64,000 bases of DNA, from contig JAWQFM010000006.1 of the NCBI GenBank assembly GCA_033442325.1, forward strand, positions 101,771 through 165,770, written 5' to 3'. Source of the DNA: Salpingoeca rosetta. Taxonomy: Eukaryota > Protista > Choanoflagellata. The notes under the pieces were generated by a model, which searched no databases, was not told the DNA's origin, and saw nothing but the letters and a program-made list of their open reading frames with translations. Numbering within the stretch: the stretch's first letter is position 1; the number at the start of each line of letters is the position of its first letter. Of the stretch, positions 1 through 30,657 are shown one piece after another. The translations under genes and the position numbers were made by a program.

Positions 1-104
1 TCCTCGACTGTCCGTCTCCATGTATCCCCCCCCCCCCCCCACACACACATACACACACACACCACATGTCTCGCTCATCCGAGCCAGCAAGGGCGAGCGC
101 TCAC

Positions 105-120
105 CTTTCTTGTCAACCAT
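105..120 (-). CDS. Probable first coding exon (MVDKK...) of an unidentified gene running off the left edge
   Basis: Reverse strand reads ccaccATGGTTGACAAGAAAG|gtgagc: good start context, then a strong donor and a TG-rich intron-like tract. Too short to identify. Confidence 0.4.
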
Positions 121-625
121 GGTGGAGATGAGGTGGTGGTGGTGGTCTTGTCTTCTTGGGTGGTGGAAGGAGAAAAAGGCAGCTCCCCACACACGCGGCT
201 CGCCAGCGTCGACTTTTCACGTGGGAAATCCCACACAAATGTATCACGTTGCAAATTGTCGACGGCCTCGGGGAAAAGTTGCGAATGAACTGGGCATCAC
301 CAACACCACAAACTGTAGTGAACAATCCGCACCCGCACAACCTGTGAGCGGGCGAATTACAGCGGACACGGTAACGAAACGACGCGCCACTGAAATGACG
401 CGAGCACCGTAATGTCCGGCGTTGTTCTGCCTGTTTTGCTGGATGAGTTTCGTTGCTGCTTAAGTCAAGGCAGCCGCAGCTACTGCGCTAGATCCACTGG
501 CTGGTCGGTGACGTCGCCATGTGCCCAGCCGGATCGCCATTTATTCTCTTTGTTCCGTTCTTTTTGGTGGAGTGTGTTTTGCCCCCGTCGACCCGGGCCA
601 CAGAGGAGACACGGAGACAACCAAC

Positions 626-12270
<11,645 letters not shown>

Positions 12271-12393
12271 CCCGGGGGCGAGAGTGCCTTCATGTGGGCG
12301 AGAGAGAGGAAGGAGGGGGAAAGAGACGACAAACAGAATGAAGAGCGGATGGGCGGGCCAGTTGGCCTGCCCCTCCTTGTTCACAATGTGTAT

Positions 12394-12466
<73 letters not shown>

Positions 12467-12902
12467 TGCAGATGAAGGCATGCAATGTGCAATGGCCAGA
12501 TTGGCTTTAACCAAAGATGGTTTTCTTGCTGTTGTCGAGGTTGGTTGTGGTGCGTGTCCGTGTATGGGCCGTTCAACAGCAGCGCGTGCAGTTGCTTGTA
12601 TGTTGGTTTGTACGCAAAATGCAATACACAGCAGCAGTTGAGAGGTATACTCTATGGGGACAAATAAGCACAACTTGAGGGGACATGCGAGAGCCTGAGT
12701 AACGCAATCACGTTGCAGCAGCTGGCAGTACGAACCACCCAAACCATGAAGAGGAGCAACAGTCGTAACAATGGCATTGGCATCACCATCTTCATCGCCA
12801 TCAACACTCCCCGTTGTGAGCCGCACAACATCAATGACAGCAGCAACGAGGCTTTGCTTATGGCGGATACAACGACTGATTGTGGGAAGGCGGTTCTTTG
12901 GA

Positions 12903-13784
12903 TCACGATGTTGCGGTGTCTCCCGGGTCGAAGTTACCGCGGCGGCTGATGGGTGATGACCAGAACTGCTGCAGCTCATGCTGGTAGCTCTCTAGGTCCT
13001 CCTGCGTCATGGCGTGGCACGCACACGCACACACACACACATGCATGTACACGTGTTCAGGCGTGTGAATACACTCGCACAAGCGCGCGTTTGTGCATTC
13101 CCACGCGTGCGCTCACCCACAAAACCACACCCACATGCACTTCCACACAGAGACGAGCGTCACCCACATCAAGACATTTAAATCACACGCGAACACCATG
13201 TCCAGCATCAAGCGAGTGGGTTGTGCGGGCTCACCCTTTTCACAAAGTGGCTTTGGAGGAGACCAGCTGCAATGTCTGATACGCTCTGGCCCTGTGTACA
13301 GGCACAGCATCGTGGCAGGCTGTGAGATGGAACACACAAACACAACACACTCAAGCGCAAAACCACAAACAAACCACAGCAAAGAATGCAAGAAACCAGC
13401 AAGGCCAGCAAGCACACAAACAAACACACAAACACACAAACAAACAAACACATGAAGTCTGACGTACGTCCTTTCTCCGCTTTGCAAGGATGGTTCGCAA
13501 GCGGTCGATGCGTGCCCTGCTGTCTGGTGCTCTGTCGCCCTTCTTCGGGTGCTGCTCTCTGCCTTTCGCTGTAGCGTCAGCACCATTACCATCCTTTGCC
13601 GCCGTGGCTACACCACCATCCTCTTCCTCATCGTCATCATCGTCCTGCTCTGACTTGTCACTTGGCGGTTCAGTCACCTAATGATGTGTGGGGTGGGATA
13701 AGGCGGCCACACCAGATTACATATGAAGCGCGCATGAATCGCACATTGTCGGCACCAAGCAACATCCCCTTCGAACACAAACAT

Positions 13785-13848
<64 letters not shown>

Positions 13849-13971
13849 CAACACTCACNNNNNNNNNNNNNNNNNNNNNNNNNNNNNNNNNNNNNNNNNN
13901 NNNNNNNNNNNNNNNNNNNNNNNNNNNNNNNNNNNNNNNNNNNNNNNNNNNNNNNNNNACCTACCTACCAC

Positions 13972-14042
<71 letters not shown>

Positions 14043-15392
14043 CACAGCCTCACCATGTCGAAGACCATCTGTCGCAGCCCGTGGAGCTCTCGCTTGTACT
14101 GCTCCTTGCCGTTGGCGAGATTTGAGGCAATACCAAGCAGGAGCAGCTGCTGGTTGAAGAGAAGCTTGCTCTGGTTCTCCAATAGCTTCACCTTGCGCTG
14201 TAACCGCTTGAGCTGGATGGTTGCCTCGTCAAGCTGCTGGGAATCACTGCTGGCGTCCGGCTGCTTCGGTGTCGACCCGCCATCCATTGCTCCTTTGCTC
14301 CTCTCCTGCGACGCACGGCTCGCTGCTTCAGACTTGGACTCTTCGACCACGAACCTGCACTCGGCATTCACACAACAGGCGCGGGCCGCAGGTGGGCAGG
14401 GTGGAGCGTAGTGTCAGCAGCAGGTGTGGAAAGAAAATGCATGGGCTGACTTGCAAGGCTGGTTGTGAGAGGGCAGTTGTGAAGGCTCATTGCCAAAGTG
14501 TGGTTGTGAAAGGGTGATTGTGCAGTGAAAGCTGGTTCCACACCCGTCACCGCATCTAATCTGCATGTGAGACCACACAGGACAACCAACCAGCAGCACA
14601 ACTTTCTTATCACACACATACACACATACACACATACACATACACACATCCACACATACGCACATACACACATACGCACATACACATACACACATCCACA
14701 CATCCACACATCCACACATCCACACACACACATACACACATACGCACATCCACACTCTCTCTTTCTCCCGCATACACTAGAGAAAACGCACAACGAGATG
14801 GCTCGCTGGACATCTGCCAGCTCTGTGTATGAGGCTGCCATCTCTGCGAAGAAGGACTTTGCCTGACGACGAAGCAAGCAAGGCGTGTGGCAACGACAAC
14901 AGAAAACAGTGTGCGAGGACAATGAGGCGCATGTGATTGAGGGCTTCCTATGTTGGAAGACGCAGCAAAGCAAATGGTGGGGAGGTGAAGAGTAGCACAG
15001 CAGTGCAAGCTTACGCCCTCATCTTTGATGTTCTTGCTACATCTCGCAAACCCATCTGTAAATGAACAACAGAGCAGAGGGGCATAAGAGTATGGACATG
15101 TCAGTGCAAAGCCACACCACACGCGCACACGCAAGCACTCGCCCATATGCAAGCCTCTGTCACAGACTCACCCCATCCACGCACCCGTGCACACAAACAC
15201 AATAATCACAGTAATTACACACACTGCATGGCATGGCAGAACATCACCACAACCACCATCATCATCATCACCTGCTGCCGCGTCGAACATCTCGTAGGCG
15301 ATGCCAGCACGCCCGCGAAAGGTGGCATTGTGGCCTGCCTCGACAGCCTGCCTCGCTGCCTTGAGGTTGGATGATATCATGGAGTCAGACAT
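12903..15392 (-). CDS. Uncharacterised protein: N-terminal MIT-like helical segment, coiled coil and acidic linker (possible NRBF2/Atg38-like); one exon probably in the N gap
   Basis: Exons: MSDSMISSNLKAARQ...FDAAA / DGFARCSKNIKDEG / AKSFFAEMAASY...AIS / LFVVEESK...RQMVFDM / [gap] / VTEPPSD...KRRKD / GQSVSDIAAGLLQSHFVKR / EDLESYQHELQQFW...TATS*. All visible junctions are GT-AG. The family assignment is weak. Confidence 0.6.
13859..13958. other. Assembly gap (100 N), likely containing an exon
   Basis: On the - strand an acceptor (tggtag) enters the gap and a donor (gtgagt) leaves it exactly at the gap edge. Confidence 0.9.
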
Positions 15393-15749
15393 GTTCCTTT
15401 GACGTGATGGAGTGCAGCTCTGCCTGTCCCTCTGTGTCTGCCGTGGGCGAGGATGATGGAGATGGGAGAAGAAAGCGCGATTGTGCAGCTTGCTGTGTCT
15501 GTCTGTCTTTGTCGTGTGTCAGCGGTTGCAGTTGTTGTGTTTGTGTTTCTGAAATTAATGTTTTTCTGCTGAATTCATTCCATGCATGGATAACGATTCA
15601 CCATCGCGAATACGAGCCGCCACACAAACAGCAACGAAGAAGAAGAAGCAAAGAAGCAAAGCAACGAGCGAGCCAGTGAGTGCAGCAGCTTCCGCAGACG
15701 ACTTCCCCACATCACCCTCTGCCTCTGCCTCTGACACACACACACAACC

Positions 15750-16875
15750 ATGTCGTCGGATGTGGTGCGGAAGTTGTTGGAGCGAAAGGATGCGACCATC
15801 TCGAGGACCAGGGTCACAACAACACGCGTAACGTCGTCACCGGGACACACAACCACCACCATCGCCGCGTCCAGCACCGTGACCTTGTCGGATCGGCCAG
15901 TGCTTGTGCTGCACTTTGGATCTCGGTACACTCGCGCAGGATTCGCTGGTGAGGATGTTCCCAGATTGATGCTGAAGACATGCGTGACAGAGGAGGCGGA
16001 CGGCTCGGAGAAATGGCTCTTCGATGTCACAAACAGCATTGAACGCAAGGCATTGCTCTACAAGTTCTTCCAGAAGGTGAGTGTGTGAGTGTGTGTGTTT
16101 GTGTGTGGTTGTGCGTGCGTGCGTGTGTGTGTATGTGTGTATGTGCGTGTGTGTGTGTTTGTGTGCGTGTGTGCGTGTGTGTGTGCGTGCGTGTGTGCGT
16201 GTGTGTGTGTGTGCGTGTGTGTGTGTGTGTGTAATGTGGTTTGCGACACTGTTGTTGACACTGGCATCCGGATGCCTTCTCCACGTCTTGTCCTGACCTG
16301 CAACACAGCTGTACAACAAGCAGTTGCTGGTCAAGAGCCCAGAACACAGGGTGCTGTTGTGCAAAGACTACACATCCCAAGACCCGTTCTTCGAAGATGC
16401 CGTGCACGTGCTGCAAGACAACTATTCGGTGAGTGGTTTTGGATCCTGCGTGGACGTGCCACACCATTTACTGCACATCAACACACGCTCGCACATGACT
16501 GCACACAACCATAACTGTACACAATTGCTCGCGCACTTGCACACACCCACTCACCCACGCACGTGCGTGCACCTTCGCCATGTGACAACAAGGTCCCTGA
16601 AGTGATGGTGAGCTACAGCCACGAGCTTGCCTTGTATGCTCTGGGCACAGACAGCGCGCTCTTTGTGGATTGTGGGGACAGAACGACACATTGCATTGCT
16701 GTGTCAAAGACATATCCCATTGTGAAGACGCTTGCCTTCGCCGACAAGGGCGCTTCCACCGTTCGCAGGTGCAATCGCATGCATATGTCTGTCTCTGTGT
16801 GTGCGTGTGTGTTTTTGCCTCTTTGTCTGTGTGTGTGTGTCTGTGTGTGTGTGCGTGTGTGTCTGTGTGTGTCTG

Positions 16876-16919
<44 letters not shown>

Positions 16920-16941
16920 CTTGCGGCTTTGTCTGTGTGTG

Positions 16942-17018
<77 letters not shown>

Positions 17019-18186
17019 GTGTGTCTATGTGTGTCTATGTCTCTGTCGCTATGTCCCTCTGTCTGTGTCTGTGTGTTTTATCCACAGCTGAGAGCACTTA
17101 CCGTCTACACTCACACGTGTTCGCACAGGCGCTTGCGAGAGATGATTGAGGATGGGGATGCACTGAGTGAGGATGACGTTGAGGACATCCAAGTGCGTGC
17201 GTGTTTCGCATGCCATCCCCCAGAGGGCGTGACATCCAGGTGCGTCAGCGTGCCCACACGTGCACCTGTGTGCCTGTGTGTTCACACTGCCCTGTGTGCC
17301 ACACCGCTCGCTGGCATTTCGCCCCGCTGCCTTACGTCGTGTCACCTCATACCGCTTCTCGATTCATCCTGCTTCGAGCAGCGATGCCCCATACGACATT
17401 GGCACCCGCGTGCTGACTGTCCCCGGGAGCGCGCGTGTGTGTGCAGCAGACACGCTGTTCACCCGCGATGATGATGGCGCGAGTGTTCAGGAGCTTGTCG
17501 CGCACGCCCTCAACAACGCCCCCATCGACGACAGAAAAGGTGGCCTGCTTCAATGAGGAGAGGAGAGGAGAGGCTTTGTGTGTGTGTGTGTCTGTCTGTC
17601 TGTCTGTGTGTGTCTGTCTGTGTATGTGTCTGTGTGCGTGTGTGTGTCTCTCTCTCTGTGTCTGCGCGTCTCTCTCTCTCCGTGTCTGTCTATCTGCCTC
17701 TCTCTCTGTCTGTCTATCTGTCTCTCTCTGTCTGTCTATCTGCCTCTCCCTGTCTGTCTATTTGTCAGGTGTGTGTCAATCCACCTGACCCTGACCACTT
17801 GTTGATGTGTACGTTGCAGACCTTGCACAACGCATCGTGTTGCTGGGCGGCACGTCACACATGCGCGGGTTTGGGTACCGCTTGCTGCAGGAGCTGCAAC
17901 ACGAAGCACAAGGTTGGTGTTGATTGTAGCAGCGATTGACGGGTGACGGTGGTGTTGACATGGTGTCCATCCAGATGCTGTGTTCCCACCCCCCCCCCAA
18001 CCACACATGCACGCGCGTCCTCACGGCTCGGTGCTTTGTGTTGTCATGCTGCTGCCGGCAGGTGAGGGGGAGGAAGGCACGACGTACGGCTATCTGGAGT
18101 GCCCGTTCCCTTCCAACGTGATTGTCTGGATCGGTGCTGCCATCGCAAGCGCCCTGCCAAACTTTCACCACCAACACACAGACTAG
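15750..18186 (+). CDS. ACTR10: Actin-related protein 10 (Arp11, dynactin pointed-end subunit)
   Basis: [85 protein letters not shown] match the Arp10-specific pattern (LYFRHLLVNP, SHLMALLTLG, LEDIKARTCF). Confidence 0.85.
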
Positions 18187-18289
18187 TTGATACATCTCAT
18201 GTGCTTGTTTGTCTGTATGTGTGTGTCTGTGTGTCTGTGTGTGTCTGTGTGTGTCTGTGTGTGTGTGTCTCTCTCTCTCTCTCACTCAC

Positions 18290-18384
<95 letters not shown>

Positions 18385-18456
18385 GCATCTCTTCCCCTCG
18401 TTATCTTCGCATTAAATCCTTTGGGGAATAACAAACAAGCAACAACAGCGACCGTG

Positions 18457-21975
<3,519 letters not shown>

Positions 21976-22160
21976 CGCCTTTGACACTGCACAAACAAAA
22001 CAAGGAGAACAAGGAGAGTGGAAGAACGGGCGCGACAAATGCCCACTGCCGAATTTCCCTGGTTATCTTCATCTTTTTCTCTGGTCTGCATGCACAATTA
22101 ACGACGCTTCCCACAAACCAAAACAACCCACTAAAACAACAAGCAAGCAACAAGGCAAAG

Positions 22161-25199
<3,039 letters not shown>

Positions 25200-26338
25200 G
25201 CGTCGCGTCCTTCATAACCAACCCAGCGCTTGAGGAGGCTGGGTTGTCTCATAAACATGGGGGGGTTGACTGCCGAGTGGTGGTGTTGGTTTTGTCGCAT
25301 TGGCCATTCTTGTTTCTTCCTGTCGACAGTCTCGTGCTTTGTTTGCCCTGTCTTTTAGCTTGGGTGTCTGTGCCTGTGTCTGCGGTTGTGTCTCATTGCT
25401 TGTGGTCACATCACATCACACTTCCCCTTCTTCCATTCCTTCCACTCCATTCCCCGTCCCTGCCCCCCGGTCATACTGTGTGCGAACTCCCGCCCCCCCT
25501 CCTCCCCCAACAGTACACAACAACGGTCATCCTCATGAAAGTCACAACTGCCAACAGATGCTGCGTGTTTCGCAAGTTGATTTTGTATTAGCGTGCGCAC
25601 AAAGACCAGAGCTCGGTGCGGAGCGGTTGTAACAGCAGTTGCATGTGCAGGAACAGCCACCAAAGGCAACGCATTACGTGCCGCCATCATGGCTGCTGCA
25701 CACAAGGCACTCAGGTAACTGCTGTTGCTGTTGCTTGGTCAAGCACAAAGGCAGAAGCAGGGTGGGGAACAAAAGAGAGAGAGATCAGAGTTATCGTGGG
25801 TAACAACCACGCTTGAAAGTGGCAGATAGGCACAATATCACCACACACAGAATACATGCACAGACAGACACACACACACTCATACACAAAAGACATGCAC
25901 AGACAAACACTCACACTCACTCACTGACACAGACACACACACAGAATGCATACATATCCACAACACACACACGCTGCAAACACGCATATACCCAGCGCGT
26001 AATGCACTCTTAGGAGCATGGGGTCATCATCTTCGCTTCAGTCAGCAACACAAAGCTCACACATTCCACCATCAACCAAACGATTATGTTGAAAGGAAAC
26101 AGCAAACCGCTGGGTGCAATCAATTGTTGTGCTAAACACAACGCAAAACGAAAAGCAAAAAAAAGGTGGGGCAAAGTCACCCATTCGGGCTCAATCCCGC
26201 TGTAACGCTGATAACGCTGATCACGCTGACACCGCTGGTCGTCTGGCCGAAGAAGCATCAGCGGATACCATCAGCAGCGCCACTCTTCAGAACGGTTGGG
26301 GAAAGGACGGGGGGGGGGGGCGTATTGTCATGGCGAGA

Positions 26339-26675
26339 TCAATACACCTTGCCATTGAGCCTGCGGCGCGTTGCGACGGGCGGAGGCAGGGTTGTCTTGC
26401 ATCGTGGGCAAAACCCTTTTGCCTTCTCAATCTTGCGAGGGATGTACGAACACTTTGTGCAATGCACGCCATACTTCTGCCAGCGAATGCCGCACGCATT
26501 GCACAGACGCGCGTCGTTGGGGCCGTCACGCCACATGGGCGTCCTGTTGTCACAGTGGTGGTGGCGGTAGTGGTGGTGGTAGTGGTGGTCAGAGTTGGAG
26601 GGGAGGGTGAAAGGGAGGGCGGAGGAGAGGATGTACACACCCATGTAGTAGCAGGCACACACGCACACACAGTCA

Positions 26676-26770
<95 letters not shown>

Positions 26771-28212
26771 CACGTACGATGTGATGCCGCAGCAGATGCA
26801 GCCGTTGCCCGAGGGATCCACCATCAGGGGTCGCACGCGCGCAATCGACGGCGACGACGACGACGACGAAGAGCAAGAGGATGACGATGACGAGGACGAT
26901 GATGATCGTGATCGGTGCTTGAGGGTGCGCTTCCCCCTCGCAGGCGACACGGGCTTGCTGCTGCGAGAGCGCTTGTGGTGCGTGTGATGGTGGGACGAAG
27001 ACGGCACGCGCTTGGGCTCCCGCGCACGCAACTTGGCGACCTTTGCACGCTTGGCGGACTTGCCCTTTGCCATTGCACCTGGCGAGGGCGATGTTGAGTT
27101 GGACACTGACGGAGACGATGCCGGCGACGACGACGCTGACATGCTTGCGTCTGAGGCGACGGATGCGGAGCTGAACGTGCTCGCTGTGCTGGCTGTGCTA
27201 TCTGAACGCTGGCGCCCAACACCGCGCACACCCTTGCCGCGGCTTACCACGTGCCCCTCATGAGGATGCTGATGTTGCTGCTGCTGCGGATCTTGTTGGT
27301 AGCCGAGGCGCGTGGCCGCTGCGGCGTTGCTCTGGGGCGGTGTCGTTGGCATATTCAAGGGGCGTCCGCACGGGACGGGCACGAGCGACGCCGGAATCAC
27401 GTGCTCGTCGAGCTGGCGCTGGCGACCAAGGTGGCGGAGTGTGGTGTGGTGTACAGATGCGACGGCCCCAAAACTGCTGCTGTAGCTGTAGCCAGCGAAA
27501 CGCGTGCTCTTCTTCCTCTGCTGCTGTTCCTGCTGCCTGATTGCCTGCAATCGGCTGATGGCGTGCAGCGTGTCGTTGTGCTGGGTGGTGCCCTGTGGTG
27601 CCTTGCACAGCAGCGAGTGCTCTTGCGCCAGAACTGTGAGCTCAGCCAGGGCCAGCCTGGACTGCTCGTGGTGTCGCTGTTGCTGCTGTTGCGGCAGCTG
27701 TTGGAGGTGGGGCGTGCTGCTGTTGTTGTTGTTCCCTGCAAGCTCTCGCACGCAGCCGGGGCTGGTGTAACTTGGGCCTTGCGTCAATGGCACCGACGTT
27801 CGGCGGCCAAAGAGGCGGGCGTGGGCCAAGTCAGCGCAGCTGCGCTTGGTGGGATGGTGGTGCTCGTTGTCACCACTTGTGTCCATGGACAGGGCGTAGG
27901 AGGTGTGCATGGTGTGGAAGGCGACCTCATCCCGCGGGTACACGTCCATGCTCAGCACGTCCACATCAAAGACGCCAAACAGGTCCATGAAGCGCCGACA
28001 CCTTCAAACACGCGCATGCGAGACATATCGGGGAATGGGAGGAGGTGTAGGTGAGATGGTATGAGTAAGGAAGAGGGTGGGTGAACGAGGTGGGAATATG
28101 ACACGGATCGCTCCGTGATACACACACATACACGCACAGCAAGCAAGGAACCAAAAATGAAAACAACAAACAACAAAAACCAAAACCAGAGCATCGCCAA
28201 CGACGAAGTCAT

Positions 28213-28251
<39 letters not shown>

Positions 28252-28533
28252 AACACACACACACACACACACGCACACGCACACACACACACGCGCACAC
28301 GCACACGCACACACACACCTCATGTTGTTGGTGTTGTTGGGCTCTTTGTGCGGCATGTCACCCTGGTCGGCATCAGAGTGTGCCGAGTCTGCAGAATCGG
28401 TGGATCCGACAGAGGCCGGCGACGTCGGGCGCGATGTCGGCGCGTGCTTGTGTTGTTGGCTGGTCGACATCCCCCGCATCATCGTGTGCTTGGCTGAGGA
28501 GCCTGCAGTCATAGTTGTCGGCAAGTAAGACAT
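26339..28533 (-). CDS. GATA-type zinc-finger transcription factor with an extra C-terminal CxxC..CxxC knuckle; 3 exons (28533-28319, 28001-26778, 26543-26339)
   Basis: Spliced finger [26 protein letters not shown] (C-x2-C-x17-C-x2-C), followed by IRWQKYGVHCTKCSYIPRK...CPRC. Long Q/S/H-rich N-terminal region with a basic stretch. Confidence 0.88.
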
Positions 28534-29850
28534 GGCTGCACTGGCGGTGCACCCTTCTTCTCTTCTGTGGTTGTTGTTGTTGTTGTTGGCCCTCGCAGAG
28601 CAGTTTAGGCCAGTCGGTAGGTGCTTTGGTGTTGTTGACCTTTGGCAGGCGGGATCTCGATGGTTTGCTGCTTGGGGGGGGGGGAATAGAAAATGGGAAT
28701 CAAGCGGAGTTAAGGTTTCGTCAGGCGCAGCTTCCTTCACCCACACGATTCAGCCGATCCGTGATGTCAACAGCTGCGTGTGCGTCTCTTTCTTTGCTCA
28801 CTTGGACCTTGTGGGGGGTGCGCGGTCGGAGTGTTTTGGCCAGGTGACAGCTGGTTGTTGGAAAGGGGAAAGGCCACAGGCACAGGCACACAAGGGCCTT
28901 GCAAAGGGAACAAACTGGCTGGTCTGGTCTGGTGTTTCGATTTTGTTTGTTGGTTGTTTGTTGGGTGGCGTCGTGGTTTTTTTTCCTTTTGATTTGGCCT
29001 TCTTGCTTGTGTGCGTGTGTGTGTGTGTGTGGTTTGTGTGCACACCAAGCACGAGCAAGCAGTGGTGCTCTTGCTTGCAGGTCCAAGCGAAGTGGCGAAG
29101 CATTTTGTCCGCGAAATCGGGACAGTACAATTTCGTTAAAGATTTCAATTGATTTTACCACATGTCCTACCAAAACGTGCCAAAAATGACAGCAGCCGGG
29201 GCAAATTGTTGTCCCTGACCTGCAAGGTCGTTGTGGGGTTGGGAGACACTGACATCAGTGTATGCGCGCCACGCGCGCAATGTGCTGACTCATGTCAACT
29301 CTCCTCACACACAGTTTTGCATTGGTGTCTCTCTCTCGCGCTTGTCTGTGTCTTGCCCACGTCAGTCTCTGTCACAGCACGTCACTGTCGCTCTCAAGCA
29401 CATCCTCTCCCTCCTTGCACCCATTGCATGTGTGTATTCTGCTGCAAAACACAAGGGAAGACAAGGGGAAAGGGGGCGCAAAAGCTGCATGTCAACTAAT
29501 GATGAGGCGGGTTAGAATGCTTTGGAGAACACAAACACAAACACAAACTTGCCTCTGGCAGGGCATTCCATTTGAAACACAATCCCTCACACACAACACG
29601 ACAACAACAAAACAGCCAAACCAAACCAAACCAAACCAAACGAACCAACATATCGCACACGTGCACATGGTGATGTAACAACATTCAACGCATCACAACA
29701 AGCCAGCAAGCATGCAAAAGCACAGCACAAAGGAAACAAGGCACATGCACGCGCGTGCGCACAAACACAGCAACACGAAGATGACGGTGGTGAAATGGGT
29801 GCAACAAGTTGAGGAACAAGAACAAGAACAAGAAGCCAAGCATGCGGCGC

Positions 29851-30615
29851 CTAGCGGGCAGCCTCGGCGTTCATGAGCTTGTTGCGGTCTTCGTTGAGGA
29901 AGGACGCGGGCCAGTTCATGTCCTGGATATGGCACTCGCCCTTGGTGAGGCCCATGTAGTGGGCGCCCTCGAGGTGTGCATAGTCAACCTCCGTCACGCC
30001 ATCGTTGGGCTTCGCAAGCACCGCATTCGTCAACTGTCGTGGTGTCGGCGGGGGACACAGATGGTGTCAAGGAGGGAGGGGACAAGATGAAGAGCAGAGG
30101 AGAAAGGGTTCATGTGAGCCAAAAGGAGGGCGATGACGTGATGTGATGTGGCGCAAAGCACTGAAGCTGCAAGACACGGACACCAGTCCCCAACAAGGTC
30201 GCTTCCCAACACGCACACACGCGTTCATATGAACCAACCACACGCATCCACAACACGCAGCACAGAACACCACGCACCATGTTGCAGTAGCCGTTGCCGA
30301 GCGGGCCGCCCTTGTCGTATTGGGTGACATAGTAGTACATGTTGTCGGCAACCTCGGCGGAGATGCCGGAGAGCCACATCTGCGCACCGTCGCGGGTGAG
30401 GTCTTCCTGGGAGTCGCAGCCTTCCTCAACCAGCATGTTCAGCACCTGTCACGAGGTCGGAGGATCGGGCCCCGGGGGGAAGCAACACACAAGAACAACA
30501 CAAGACAAAGAGGGAGGGATGGAGAAGGGGTATCAGCAGGTCAGCAACAAGGAGGAACGCACAAACAAGCACAAACAAGAAACACCCACCAGCCATGTCG
30601 CAAGCTGGACGTCAA

Positions 30616-30657
<42 letters not shown>

